This document shows, piece by piece, positions 41,351 to 60,750 of a stretch of DNA of 64,000 nt. The number at the start of each line of letters is the position of its first letter. Position 1 is the stretch's first letter. The notes beneath the pieces are model-generated. The model saw only the letters and a list, made by a program, of their open reading frames with translations, did not search any database and was not told the origin of the DNA. Source of the DNA: Eledone cirrhosa (Eukaryota). The position numbers and the translations under genes are program-made. Location: the NCBI GenBank assembly GCA_964016885.1, contig OZ024743.1:268584001-268648000 (forward strand), in the 5' to 3' direction.

Positions 41351-41669
41351 GTATAATACAGCTATGCCTGTTTAATTCCAGTTCGAAAAATACGATATAG
41401 TTGAAACTGTAAATGTGAGATTGGCACAGATTTGATTTTGCTTTTGACAGAAGTATAACAAAATATATTTATTTTGTCAAAATATTAATTTTTATTTATA
41501 TTCGAAAAACTTTCAATCGACGTTCAAACAGACTTTGTTTTTTGTTAAATGCTAAAAACTCTTTATTTTGTTTAATATGAGACAGTTTTATACCTATAAA
41601 TTTGACTTTAAAATGGGACTGAGTTCTATAAACGAAAGCTATGAATATTATTCATCTCAGATTTAAGCA

Positions 41670-41845
41670 CTAGCCAGCAATTTGAGGAGAAAGGAAAGTC
41701 GATGATACGGAACCAGTATTTGACTGGTATTTTATTTCTAAATCCGCGGAAATTTGAAAGGTATCATTAAGCTCAGTGAGATTTGAACTCAAAATGTAAA
41801 GGATACTAAAATAATTTACAAAGCTCCGCTAAACCACCGCCCCAG
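41670..41845 (-). mobile_element. SINE fragment (same family as 52005-52870)
   Basis: CCAGTATTTGACTGGTATTTTATTT...GATTTGAACTCA. Confidence 0.55.
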
Positions 41846-41883
41846 GAATAAAATCATGATAATAATTATTATCATTATTTACT

Positions 41884-42710
41884 TATTGGCCGCTGGGGCT
41901 GAAACAGAGAAGACAATATAGTAGGGATTTATAGAAATTCGTGTAAACAGAAGTAAACAGGTAAAGATAAACAATAAAATAAATAACAACAAAAATCCCA
42001 AATAAGGAATAACATTAACTAGGGTAGTTTAGGAACCCATAGATCCGGAACCACCCTAATCTCCAAATTCCTGTCCTCCCCTGCCTGCCAAAAGATGGAG
42101 AGGCGATGGAGTCGAACGACTTTACATGGATAGCTTCCTCTCGCCCATTTCTAGGAGATAATGGACACACTGCTCATCCCAATATTCTTATCCAACTGGA
42201 TGCAAACCAATACAACTTTACCGTTCCATCCGTCCAACATCCGGCGACCCTGTTGAACCGCATAGATTTGCCTCTCCAGATGCTGAGATGCAAACCCATC
42301 GACTTATCCGCGTTGATTTTTGCTCCCGTCAACGTTTCTAATTCCTCTAAGTAGTTGCCGACCACCTCGATTTCCGAAGTGTTCAACACCATCATGGTGA
42401 CGTCATTCACATATGCTGAGACAGTGAGGCCATGCGACGGTTCAAGTGCGATGCCCAAGACAGTTTCCGCTTTAGTGGTAATGGCTCAAGAATCAATACA
42501 TCCACCGCGTAATCTGAAACGATTCTGATAGGTGGCCATTTACTTGGGCCACTGATCAGATGCCACTGTTCATTGCCGTGGTCCAGTCTCTGAAGATGGG
42601 ACCACCTTGAGGACGGCCACCAGACATCAATCTTCGAACATATTGAGAGTGTTTGATTGATCTTAATTGATCAAAGCCCAACCGAATCCTCGTTTACTCC
42701 CTACCCGCTC
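41884..42710 (-). mobile_element. Internally deleted, degenerate Tx1-like copy
   Basis: TVSAYVNDVTMMVLNTSEIEVVGNYLEE...TGAKIN...WRGKS...WTDGTVKL is homologous to ORF2 at 29630-29850. The 3' end GGCCAATAA is at about 41883-41891 (minus). Confidence 0.8.
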
Positions 42711-42962
42711 TGTTGTTGTATCGCCTGAGGTAGAGGGCGTGTTCTCGAGTAATCCATTTCTGAGTGTTGAGAACACGAGATGGATAGGAGCTGGTTTTGT
42801 ACTTTCAATTGCTAAGGTAGCCGGAATATGTTGCATCTTGATGACCCTCTTGTTTTAGGACAAATTCTAACTTTCTTTTAATCTTATAAAGTCTGCTCAT
42901 CCGTCAAAGTTGTGGAAAATAAAAAAAAATAGTAGTTGTTGTTGTTATTGTTCTCATTATTG

Positions 42963-42997
<35 letters not shown>

Positions 42998-43379
42998 TTT
43001 GGTGTTGTTATTATTTTGCTTGTTATTGTTTATTATATAGATCTATGTGTGTCTGTGTAGTGTGTGTGTCTGTATGTGTGTGTATGTGCGTGTGTGTCTG
43101 TGTGTGTCTGTGTATTTTTTGTGTGTGTTTTGAAGCACACGAGAGTTGTGACACTATACAGAATGCACTAATTCAACAGGTGACCGCATAAATAACAGCA
43201 TTAACTACGATAACCAGGTTTACCAATTTCCTCTGGATACCCTCCTTCCACGTGATGCCTGCTAATTCTTTAGATGTGTTGAGATAAATTCTGGCTCGTT
43301 ATGGTTGAAATATACCAGCCACTTGCATGCGTTTATTTCAATCGCCCAACTCCTAACTCTCTTTTCCTATCTCTTTTTC

Positions 43380-45040
<1,661 letters not shown>

Positions 45041-45831
45041 GTTCATGTGCCATATGATCAAAAATGAATATCTCTATCCCGCATACGAACAAATTTGAAA
45101 AGATAGAAAAAATAAGAAAATTGTCAGCTTATGATCCGAATACATATTTCAGAAAATAATATCTTCAAACAGACGTGTTTAACAGACACCTTTTTGTAGA
45201 TATTGTCAGAGGGTTATCCATTTGGAAACATCAAATATCTGCCTTCAGTGAGGAGATATTTTAAATATATACATACATGGTTTTTCTTATACATTATATA
45301 ACTGATTTCTCATATTTCTTTAAAACTATGATTATATGTCTTTTAAGAATGTTTTACTTGTAAAATATTTAATAGGTTTAGCAAAATAAATAACACTTTA
45401 AAGAATACAAATATATTAAGAGTTGTATTATCAAACATAGTATTTACCAAGTAAAACCTCATTAAGAGACATATATATTTTTGAATATTTCTTCATTGAA
45501 GTCACTTATTTTTTAACGTAAATAATATCTGGCAAATAAGTTCACAATTTAAAAAAAAAATTACAATATATTTCCTGAAATATATAATCGATCTTCTGAA
45601 TTTCTGTTTTACAATATGTCCGTTTTCTCATCTTTCCATATTATATATTTCACTCGTATCAGAATGAAATAATTTGACATATTGTCTTAAAAGCGGCACG
45701 TATACATACAAATACGTATATATAAATATAAGTGTGGGTGTATGTGGAGGAGGGGGGGATTTGTATGCATGTGTATATTCATATATATGTATGTATATAT
45801 TCAGTAAACACACAGCCTCGCCTCCTACCAG

Positions 45832-45864
<33 letters not shown>

Positions 45865-45868
<4 letters not shown>

Positions 45869-46220
45869 GTAGTTTAGAAAGCCACAACAATGCAGAGGGA
45901 AATCTCGAGGTAGGAAGTGAATGATAGATAGGAGAAATAGGAGAAAGTGAAAATAGAGACAGACAAAGATGAAAACAAAACAAAGGTAGAAGGGTTACCG
46001 TAGTGGAGATTTAATCCCAATTGGATTAAATCTCCACTACGGTAACCCTTCTACCTTTGTTTTGTTTTCATCTTTGTCTCTCTCTATTTTCACTTTCTCC
46101 TATTTCTCCTATCTATCATTCACTTCCTACCTCGAGATTTCCCTCTGCATTGTTGTGGCTTTCTAAACTACGTATTTTACACATTTCACAATGCTTCAAG
46201 CAAACTTTAACACCCTCATA
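45865..46220. mobile_element. Fold-back element: palindrome with about 153-bp arms (45865-46175) plus a short tail
   Basis: Arms TACGTAGTTTAGAAAGCC...GATTTAATCC and GGATTAAATC...GGCTTTCTAAACTACGTA, centre about 46020. (TA)n on both sides. Confidence 0.88.
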
Positions 46221-46241
46221 TATATATATATATAAATACTG

Positions 46242-46311
<70 letters not shown>

Positions 46312-46316
<5 letters not shown>

Positions 46317-46480
46317 TTCTACAAGACTAGAACTGTTTCATTCGATGAGGATTTCCTTTCGAATGAAACAGTTCTAGTTTTGTAGAAGCCATTTCTATAT
46401 TAAATTTTGTATATACTCTCCTAACGTACTGAGTACTTACTTACTACGGTTACGCCTCGATTAAACCTGGGACTCAAACA
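46312..46480 (+). mobile_element. Fold-back short element, family F2
   Basis: ATGGCTTCTACAAGACTAGAACTGTTTCATTCGA / TCGAATGAAACAGTTCTAGTTTTGTAGAAGCCAT plus a tail homologous to 13862-13930 (reverse complement). Confidence 0.75.
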
Positions 46481-46488
46481 TACCCCCC

Positions 46489-46525
<37 letters not shown>

Positions 46526-47220
46526 GTATGTATAGTATATTTGGCAATATCCTCTATGTTTAATAAAAAACATTTTGAAGACCATTTGCTGAGTTTTAAA
46601 GTAGTGACTATGTCACTTACCTATTCTTGGCAAAAGCAAAGAAGAGTGATCGACAGTCCTGTTTCTCGCTCGTTAGCGTTTATTCAACCACTCACTCGTT
46701 TGCTTCTGCCGAGGGTTATAGAAGTTGGATTCTTATAGAATTCCAGTAATATTTAAGAGCTGATTAAACAGAACAGTTGCCGATCCAGTAAAAATTAGAT
46801 ATTAGTATTGGTGCTCTGAAATAGCGATGTATACATGAATGTATGTATACATGAATGTATGTATAGTATATTTGGCAATAAACTGTATGTTGAATTAAAA
46901 ACATTTAGAAGAGCATTCGCTATGAGTGTTAAAGTAGTGACTATGTCACTTACTTATTCTCGTCAAAAATATATGATAGTCGATTAAATCTATTTCATAA
47001 AGTGTTTCCTGAAGGGTAAGAGGGTAAAATAATTCACGTTACTGATAATAATTAGCATGTTTTTAATGAATATAGATACAATATAAGACAGCATATTGAA
47101 AGGACTGACATCCTGTATATTTTAAAGTGAAATTAGACATGTTCTATCCTCCAATAGTTTATCCATAATAAATATATGCACGCAAACATATGCAATTTTT
47201 TCTGTTTGGCTCTAACGTAC

Positions 47221-47315
<95 letters not shown>

Positions 47316-47476
47316 TGTGTGTGTGTGTATATTTATATATATACATATAAGTATGTATATATATATATATAGAGATATATATGGATATATATATGGATAT
47401 ATATATATATGGATATATATATATATGGATATATATATATGGATATGGATATATATATATATGGATATATATATAT

Positions 47477-47560
<84 letters not shown>

Positions 47561-47586
47561 ATATATATATATATATATATATATAT

Positions 47587-47634
<48 letters not shown>

Positions 47635-48047
47635 ATATATATATATATGGATATATATATATATATATATATATATGCATCTTTTTGTAGATGTATATCC
47701 GTTGGGGGTAAGGCCAATATAAGAGTGACGGTCATGACGACAAAGAATAAAAACTAAAAACTAGTAATGGCAGCATTGCACAGTGTTGTGGAGTATATGT
47801 GAATCAAAGAAAGGTTCGAAGTCTTAAGATAAAGTAAGATATATCTGGCGCCTACATACAGACAAAACTTCCTTCCATACGCTCAAATTTACTGTTTTGC
47901 TAAATTTTTCTCCTTCAAAATATTTTTTATCGGTTCTCCTGATTTTCTATATTATTTTCATTTTCATTTACTTTTCGTGTCTTGGTTCAGCACGTGGCGT
48001 ATGATGCTGCAACATTTGGTGCATTTCTAATATATACATATATACAA

Positions 48048-48079
<32 letters not shown>

Positions 48080-48080
48080 T

Positions 48081-48149
<69 letters not shown>

Positions 48150-48150
48150 T

Positions 48151-48223
<73 letters not shown>

Positions 48224-48244
48224 TGATATGTATATATATATATA

Positions 48245-48345
<101 letters not shown>

Positions 48346-48394
48346 GTATATATATATATGTATGTATATATATATATATGTATGTATATACATA

Positions 48395-48426
<32 letters not shown>

Positions 48427-48508
48427 ATATACCTACATATATATACCTACATATATATATATATACACATATATATACATACATATATATATATATACTT
48501 ATATATTT

Positions 48509-48556
<48 letters not shown>

Positions 48557-48754
48557 AAATATATACATATGTTTCTGTGTTTGTGTATGTAAGCGCATAT
48601 CGTCGTCTTAGATGTGTTTTTGTTTTATTACTGCGTATAAAGTGGTTGTGTGTCCGTATCAACAATATACGCATGTTTCTCTCTATTCCTCTCACTCTCC
48701 CTCTCTCTCTTTCTATATACATACAGATATAAACACACATATATTCACACGGTG

Positions 48755-48785
<31 letters not shown>

Positions 48786-48786
48786 A

Positions 48787-48838
<52 letters not shown>

Positions 48839-49365
48839 ATGAATGTGTGTTTGTGTTTATTTTTGTTTATACGTATATCTAGATGTAAATTTATACTGCG
48901 TATCAGGATAGAACCAGTTTAAATCTAGTTAGATCATTACACAACACGAATACAGGATACTTAGTATAGTAGAATATGGTAATATTATGGAGTCGGGGCC
49001 CAACAGCTGGTCTCTTGCCGTTTCACTAGCTAGTTGTTGAATCGGCAAGAGCTCAGCTTTCGGTACCCAAACATATATAGCAGAAATAGGTAGGTTGATA
49101 TACAAGGTATAGAGCAACTCAAGTCCGTAGGACTAGTTTAAATATAATTATTTAGGCCGGCTACTACAACGGCGCCATACGAGGAACGTACGTTTTATTT
49201 TCACCGGCAGAGTCGTATCAAGTTGGTCCTCAGAGTTGACGAAACGAACGTACCTTGTATTTCTACAGTTGTTAGTCCTGTAGAATCCATTTCTATATGA
49301 AATAATTATACTCTGCTATGTATTGTTTACCTTGTTTACTATGGTTACCCCCGATTGAACCCGGG

Positions 49366-49432
<67 letters not shown>

Positions 49433-49620
49433 TGACACTAAGAACGATGGTCTGTTTACATAAAGCATCTTTATTAATGTTATTCCTATACTGAATCGCC
49501 ACCATAACTACACACTACGAATGTAGAGACCTTTTCCTGCTTACTCCACTTTTTTGTACCCAAGTGACAACAGAGTTCACACTGATAAACAATATATATA
49601 TATATGTATATATATATATG

Positions 49621-49698
<78 letters not shown>

Positions 49699-49702
49699 AA
49701 AC

Positions 49703-49850
49703 AAAGAGGGTGTGGTAAGATACCAGGTGGACCATAAAGCACCAGAGTACTCGATACATGGGGTAGTAGAGTGGGTAATAGGAAAAGATTCAGGACTCCG
49801 ACGGCTGAGCTCCGGCCGTTTTGACAGTTAGATCCGAACTTAGTCCTGAA
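49703..49850 (-). mobile_element. Family F1 copy without fold-back
   Basis: Reverse complement of the F1 tail and of CGGCCGGAGCTCAGCCGTCGGAGT. Confidence 0.75.
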
Positions 49851-49944
49851 TCTTTTCATATAGAGAGACAGTCGATTGACTTTCGTCAAAGCGGACCTAG
49901 GAAACAATGTTTCCATTGGTCTTTCTAATTGCTAATACTATCTA

Positions 49945-50085
49945 TCGGTCGCAACTCCAGGTAAAAGGAGCAACGAGAAATAAAGTGTCTTGCCCAAGGG
50001 CATAACGCAGCACCCGGTCCGGGAATCGAACTCATAACCTCAAGATTGCGGAGCCAATTCTCTAGCCACTCAACCACACACCACT
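49945..50085 (-). mobile_element. tRNA-derived SINE head
   Basis: Minus: A box TGGTTGAGTGG, B box GAGTTCGATTCC, then CCCTTGGGCAAGACACTTTATTTC. Confidence 0.75.
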
Positions 50086-50245
50086 CTTTTCATATATATA
50101 TATATATATATGTGTGTGCGTATATGTGTGTGTTTGTGTGTGTGTGTATATATATGTGTGTGTGTGTATGTATGTATATATGTATATAAATATATATATA
50201 TGTGTGTGTGTGAGTATATAATATATACACACACACACACACACG

Positions 50246-50278
<33 letters not shown>

Positions 50279-51245
50279 TCAGCTTGAGCCTGGATTCAGT
50301 TTTGGCACTTGATATTCTTACTACAGTAGCTGTTGTCTAAATTGATAGATGTTTGTGTGTTGTGTATATATAAACATATCAATTAATCTATATATCTCTG
50401 TATGAATGAGAATGTATATGTGGATTTCTGTCTGGGCGTATTATTTGTAAGTGTTTGCGTGTGCATATGTCTGTTCGTAGATGTAGTTTGTGTGCGTATT
50501 TATGTGTACAATTCTATATGCGTATATTTATTTTTGTGGATATAGCGTGTATTCTTAAAAACAGAAATAAATTCTGAAAACGAGGTAGGACATATCACAG
50601 CTGTTTTAGAATACATAACATATACACACGTACACACATATATACATACATGCATATCAAACTTATGTATATATTTATATATGTATTATATAAATAAACA
50701 TATTATAAACATATATACGTATATCTATGTATATATAAATATAAACATTATTATGTATATAGATACGTACGCACACAGACACACACACACATACGTACTT
50801 ATATATATATATATATATATTGTATTTATTTGTCTATATATATATAGTGAGATAGAGAGGCTGATACGATGCACACAATCTTACACATATATATAAAAAA
50901 ATAAAAATGTGTATAAATATATATATGTATGTGTATATGTGTGTATTTATGGGTGTGCATGTATATATTTACGTATGGTTTGATCTAGATACCTTTAAAT
51001 ATATACATACATGGCTGGGTGTATGATATCAAAAATAAAAATCATGAATGAATAAAAATATTCATAAGCTTACACTTGCATTATTCATATAAGTGTGTGT
51101 GTGTGTGTGTGTGTGTGTGAATATGTGTATGGAATGTGGTTCCATGCAATTCTTGGTAACTGTATACACACACACACACGGAATCATAGAATCTAAACAG
51201 ATATATACACACAGACATACACAAATTCAGATACATATGTATGTA

Positions 51246-51350
<105 letters not shown>

Positions 51351-51353
51351 TAT

Positions 51354-51393
<40 letters not shown>

Positions 51394-51397
51394 ACAC

Positions 51398-51430
<33 letters not shown>

Positions 51431-51433
51431 TAT

Positions 51434-51519
<86 letters not shown>

Positions 51520-52004
51520 GTATATGAATGTATGTATATTATTGTATGCATGTATCTGCATAAGCAGATTGCTATATACATATATGCATCTCCGAAAGTG
51601 TATCTATGTAGATTGTAACATTATACAATCCATGCAAAGAAATATTCAGAAAACCTACCCACTCACATTCACACATATAATTAATATATGTTTAAAGTCT
51701 ATATATATAGTCGGAGGGCGTATATTGATGGAAATATATATATACATATGTATCTGAATTTGTGTATATGGCTGTGTATATATCCGTTTAGATTCTATGA
51801 TTCTATATATATATATAGAAGCCAATCAGATTGTAGAAATAGGGTGATAACATATATATACAGCTCTGTGTATATTTGTCAGTTTCTAGATATTTAACAT
51901 TGCATTAAATTAAAATTATATTTGTTTTGATCAGAATTGTACCTCGCTAATATTGCACTGCATTTCCATGTTTCAATCAAACAACTCATTTTTATAGATA
52001 TAAT

Positions 52005-52870
52005 GAGTTCTACTATAGGCACGGGGCTAGAAATGTGTGGAGGGTGGGGTGTGTGTGTTCGGGTGGGGGGTGGGGGGGGGGGGGGGGGTTTAAAGTTGAT
52101 TAAATCGACTCCAGTGCATTATTGGTACTTTATTTTATCGACCCCGTAATGATGAATGGCACAGCTAACATGTTTATAGAGATAATTGTTTCTACTGTTG
52201 GCACAAGGCTAGCAATTACCCCAGTGTATTACTGGTAATTTATTTTATCGACCACGTAAGGATTAAGGGCATAGTTAACCTCGGCGGGATTCGAACTCAA
52301 ATTATAATGGGCTGTAACTCTATGCAGCAAAGCATGGCGTCCGACCCTCTACCGATACTGCCAATAAATATATAATTGTTTCTACTTTTGGCACAAGGCC
52401 AGCAATTCACCAGTGCATTACTGGTACTTTATTTTATCGACCCCGTAAGAATGAAAGGCAAAGTTAATCTCGGCGGGATTTGAACTCAGATCGTAAAGGG
52501 ACGTAACTACGCTGGAAAGCACGCCTGACTCTTTACCGATACGGCCAATAATGGCATATAATACTTTCTTGTGATAAACAAAGATAATTAACATCTTTGC
52601 TGCGTATGATGTATTACAGAGAATAGCTTAAGTAATTGGGACCAAGGCGAACACAATATAGAATTAACATAGGACGTTTATTACCAAGACAAAAGCCCTG
52701 ATCAGCAGAAGTAAAGTATTAAATTAAGTCAGATATCATACACGGTAAGCCTGTTACTAAAGTATAAATTAATTGTTTCTACTTTAGGCACAAGGCCAGC
52801 AAATACCCAGTGCATTACTGGTACTTTATTTTATCGACCCCGTAAGGATGAAAGGCAAAGTCAACCTCAT
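52005..52870 (-). mobile_element. Cluster of four tRNA-SINE copies (Nin/Deu-type domain)
   Basis: Copies at about 52005-52170, 52183-52365, 52372-52550 and 52768-52870. B box GAGTTCGAATCC on minus, followed by GGTTAAC...CCTTACGGGGTCGATAAAATAAAGTACCAG. Confidence 0.8.
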
Positions 52871-53447
52871 GGTAATACAACTGTGAAGGAAATCATAGTT
52901 GTTGAAAACTTGAAGTCACCATTTACATATGTTTATACGTCACCATTTATATATGTTTATACGTAGATATGTCTGTGTCGGTGTAACTTTCCGCTGAGAA
53001 CTGAGTAGAAAACCGATTTTCATAGATTTGGGTTAATTTCAAACAATCAAACAAGCAATGTATCATTTTCATATTCATGCACAGTTGATCGTAGATGCAC
53101 ACAGATATGCAGAAGCAAACAGGTTATATATATATATATATATTGGTAAAAGGAAAATTCCTAATTAAACTATTTTTCACTGGGAACAATTTGTCAGCAT
53201 TTTCTTTTCCATTTACCAATATATCACAACTCGTGTGGTACACCTCTATTCTTTTAAATATATATATATAACAAGCATATGTATATATATTTATACATAT
53301 ATATATATATATATATATAACCTGTTTATTCTATTTATATTTTAAAGAATAGAGGTGTACCACACGAGTTGTGATATATTGGTATATATATATATATAAA
53401 TGAAAGGTATAGAAAACACTGCAGCGAAAAGCCAACAGCATTCCATA

Positions 53448-53551
<104 letters not shown>

Positions 53552-53649
53552 CAAGCTATACATACATAACAAACATATATATATATGCGTGTGTGTGTGT
53601 ATATATATAACAAGTATATATATATATATATATATATAATTATATATAT

Positions 53650-54244
53650 AAATGTAAGTATGTACACGTACATACACATATGTATACAGACGTAGAGTAG
53701 TATGTATATATATACCTACATGTACACATATATATATGCACGTATGGTTTTACCGAACATTTATTATAATGTTCGGTTTGTTTGTAAACAAACAGCCCGA
53801 ATTCGGTTTTCGGGTCGCCCGGCCGACTAACTCAATCGATATGCAAATTAGGCTGCTCAGCCGTTAATATGCATAAGGAAAGTATATACTTTCAAACGTT
53901 CAATCATCTGACAAAAAGGTATACGATGCTGACGATAGCTAATAAGCTTGAAGCTAGTTCATCGTTCCTGTGTCATTGTTGAACAAAAAGGCGACGATAG
54001 TTGCCAAACACTGTACGGCGTAATTCGGGCTGTTTGTTTACAAACAAACCGAACATTACAATAAATGTTCGGTAAATCCATACGTGCTTATATATATATA
54101 TATGTGTACAGTACATGTATGTATATATATATATATACATACTACTGTACGTCTGTATACATATGTGTATATACGTGTACATACTTACATATAAGTATCA
54201 GCCGTACTAAGAGTGAGAAATAAAATTTCGTTTCATCCTTTTCC

Positions 54245-54248
<4 letters not shown>
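53650..54248 (+). mobile_element. Hammerhead-bearing element, family F5 (copy 1), with inverted 5' arm
   Basis: About 53653-53803 is inverted at about 54022-54190. Hammerhead relic at 53924-53964: CGATG CTGACGA TAGCT aata AGCTT GAAG CTAG TT CATCG. Confidence 0.8.
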
Positions 54249-54291
<43 letters not shown>

Positions 54292-54492
54292 ATTTGAAGA
54301 CTAAAATCCAAAGAGGGCTCGATAAGGATAAATATATATCAAATATATAAGAACTGTAGAGCAAATATTTATTAAAATATTTATTAAAATATATTAATTA
54401 ACATATATATATATATATATGTACAAACATATATATATATTTATATATATATACATATGTGTATATATATATGTGTATATGTATATATATAT

Positions 54493-54586
<94 letters not shown>

Positions 54587-55181
54587 GAATGTATGGAAAT
54601 TATTGAAGCCAACAGTATTTCATAATATATAAGTGACTATAAGGTCAAAATGGAAAAATAGTGAACGTAAGATGTGGGAAAATATATATATATATGTATA
54701 TATAAATACCTGCCTGCGTGTGTAGGTTTAGTATTTATGTATATGTGTGTATGTATATGTGTACATGCATTTATACACATCAAAATAGAATATTCCGAAC
54801 AGATCCCAAAATAAACCATTCTCTTCTATCTCACATTTTTATAACTGAGAAGTTTTTACCTGTTTCTACAGTATGTTTTCTGATATCTAGCATCAACTGC
54901 ATTATGTGAGAAATATATGGTTTCACACACAAATATACGTGTGTATGTATAAGGCTATATATATGCATACACGCTTCCATATACATTCACACACACATCA
55001 ACGAGTATACACACATATATACGTACACCCATGCATACATACATGTATTGGTATTCATATATATAATTACGTATATGTATATATATTTATGTATATATAT
55101 GTATTTATGTGCATATATATATATATATAAATATATATATGTATATATATATATAATATATATATATATAATATATATATG

Positions 55182-55246
<65 letters not shown>

Positions 55247-55294
55247 AATATATAATATATATATATATATATATATAATATATATATATATAAT

Positions 55295-55381
<87 letters not shown>

Positions 55382-55436
55382 TTTAATGTATATATATATA
55401 TATAATATATATATATAATATATATATAATATATAT

Positions 55437-55550
<114 letters not shown>

Positions 55551-55563
55551 ATATATATATATG

Positions 55564-55625
<62 letters not shown>

Positions 55626-55672
55626 TATATACATACATATATATATACATATATATATATACTTATATATAT

Positions 55673-56713
<1,041 letters not shown>

Positions 56714-56737
56714 TATATATATATATGTATATATATA

Positions 56738-57897
<1,160 letters not shown>

Positions 57898-58062
57898 ATT
57901 GCATACGTTTCAATCTATCTATGTATTTATATTTATCACAGAAATTATGCTTGTTTCCTTTTTCTGAATCCTACTGTGCATATTATTGGGTTCTCAAGTA
58001 TGAAATTTGTAGACATTTGTATTGACAAAATCAAAATTCTACAAATTTCATATTTGACGACC

Positions 58063-58122
<60 letters not shown>

Positions 58123-58552
58123 AACATATATATATATATATATACATACAAACATGATATTTGTGTGTGTTGTGTGCGTGTTTGAACGCAAGTTAATGTT
58201 ATATTGGTTTTCTTAATTGTATTTTCTTTATGCTATAAGATATTCATTTCTGTATATGTTTGCATATATGTGTGTGTTTGTGTGTGTTACTTTGTATTAC
58301 CGAGGGAGTGTTTGTTTCTTTGAGTTTTTGAAATGTGTGCGTATATGTATATGTGTATGTTTGTGCGCAGGTGTGTGTGAGAATGTGTGTTTGTGTGTAT
58401 GCATGGGTGTGTGTGCTCGTTTTATTTATCATACTTTGAACGTTTTCAAGTATTCATTTTATTTATTTCAAACTTTTTAGAAATTCCTGACTCATTTTCT
58501 CAAATGTTTTCACATATTAATACTACTCTCTATTTTCTACTCGTTTACTCTC

Positions 58553-58628
<76 letters not shown>

Positions 58629-58648
58629 TCTCTCACTCTCTCTCTCCC

Positions 58649-58679
<31 letters not shown>

Positions 58680-58722
58680 CTATCTCACACACACTCTCTC
58701 TCTCTCCCTCTCTGTATCCCGC

Positions 58723-58771
<49 letters not shown>

Positions 58772-59518
58772 GCTGTGTGCGTGTGTGTCTGTTTGTGTTT
58801 GTGTGTACGCGTCCTTGCTTTCTTACGTGAGTCTCATGTGGTTTGAGCGTGGGTTGGAATGATTTTGGGAGTTAAAATTAAACCATCTGATGGAGATATT
58901 AATAATTTCATTGCTTATATATTTAAACAACTACACTGTTGTTGTGAAATAAATTTGAAGGATATTTACCCTTAATGTTATGGACAGGCAATGCATGGAT
59001 ATTAAGATTGAAAACTTTAACGTCATCTCCGATGTGTGCACAAGTGACATGGTTATTTTGTCTATATTCAAAGACATTCAAATGTTTACTAAATATAATG
59101 ACAAAAACTTTAACCTGTTCACCAAAACACATCCACGTACTTACGCATAGGCACACATACGAACATACAAACAAACATACATGTACACAAACATGCAAAT
59201 ATCTATATATATCTATATGTGTGTGCGTGTGCGTGTGTTTGTGTGTACACCCACACTCACATACATACACATATGTATATATGTATATACACATATGCAT
59301 ATATATAGAGAGAGAGGGAGAGGGATAGAATCTTGATTAACTGGCGCCGCAGTTGGGATTTACCTATTACCTACTCAGCATCTACCCATACATTGAGTAC
59401 TCCCATGATTAGTCGTCTCTCCAGTCTCAGCACCACAGACTCTCTCTCTCTCTCTCGCTTTCTCTCTCTCTCTATCTATATATCTCTCTCGCTCTCTCTC
59501 TGTTACTATATATATATA

Positions 59519-59728
59519 TTAGAAAGTGAGTTATTTTTTACAAAATGAAAAATAGCCGAGGTGTCCTACACGAGTGAAATTATAAAGAAAAAAGATGAAA
59601 TCGAAAATGCTACTGGAGTTTTATTTTTTTTTAAATATATATATTTATTGGGTTCCTTTACCGGTTTCGCAGTTCTTCTGCTTTTTAAAAGTAGAGTTGA
59701 GATGGAGGGTCTGTGGTTTTTCTCACAT

Positions 59729-59729
<1 letters not shown>
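59519..59729 (-). mobile_element. Family F4 second copy
   Basis: Reverse complement of 12275-12482; (TA)n flanks. Confidence 0.8.
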
Positions 59730-59767
<38 letters not shown>

Positions 59768-60049
59768 TTATACACATTTATACAAGCGCACGCCCATATG
59801 TATATAAACATATATAATTTAATATGCTGATATATTCAAATTACCTCCTAGAAACACTGGCACACTTGATTGGTATTTAAATACAACAGAACTGTATGCA
59901 ATATTCATCCGACAAATGCAGATTTCTGTGAGAAAACAAGAAGTCACTTCCAGAAATAGTTTGTCAAATTGTCTCCAGCTAAATACTCTGTAACAACTGT
60001 TAACTACTAGAGTGTTTTTTACAAAAAAAGGTGGAGTAGAAGAAAAACA

Positions 60050-60750
60050 CTCTTAATATTCATATGATATTTAGGGTAATTTATTGCCAACTTATCGAGG
60101 GGGCAGTGGATTATTTCCATTCATTTTTAAGCCATAGGAATACTGTTTGGGAACGAATAGAAATATTATTGGAGGAAATTACATATCATACGTTGGGACT
60201 CTATAGGGATGATGATATTTCCCGCTGAATGTAAACCATCAGCTACATAAACTTAGTAAAAACCGTATTAATGGATTTAAAAATTCAGCTTTAATAACTA
60301 TCAATACTAAGTTCAATGCAGTAACATTATTTTTTCACGTATTTAAGCACGATAGACATTGTCATTTTATTAAGCCAAATGAAAATGTATATACTTTTCC
60401 AGTCACGCTCTTGCAGTCTTGGAAACATTAGTGAATAGTATTAACCATCGCATTTCTAGAATTCCGTCAGATGTAATTATCACACATGCATCCCCATAAA
60501 AGAAAATGGTTTCCATGAGGAAATGTAATACAACACCTCTCATAATACCTCGCCGCCAAATAATAAAATGTTGTCCAAATATCAAACTCAATATTGCACT
60601 GTACCATGATACTTTCCATTTGTCATACGTACGACATAGTATTCAACAAGAACACCATAAAATTTAGCTAAATGTGTATTGAGTGTACAAATCTGATTTT
60701 TTTACATCAACTATAGAATTTCATTATAGAGTCGTGTCCTGCTAACAAGC
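60050..60750 (+). pseudogene. Very decayed Penelope-like (Naiad-type) RT relic
   Basis: GLYRDD at 60196-60213, followed by ITINTKFNAVT, FIKPNENVY and LVNSINHRISRI, resembling the PLE RT palm/thumb order. Many stops. Confidence 0.45.

Noticed and set aside
49990-50085. tRNA gene
   Set aside because: A and B boxes are present, but there is no full cloverleaf and it continues into a SINE body found in several copies.
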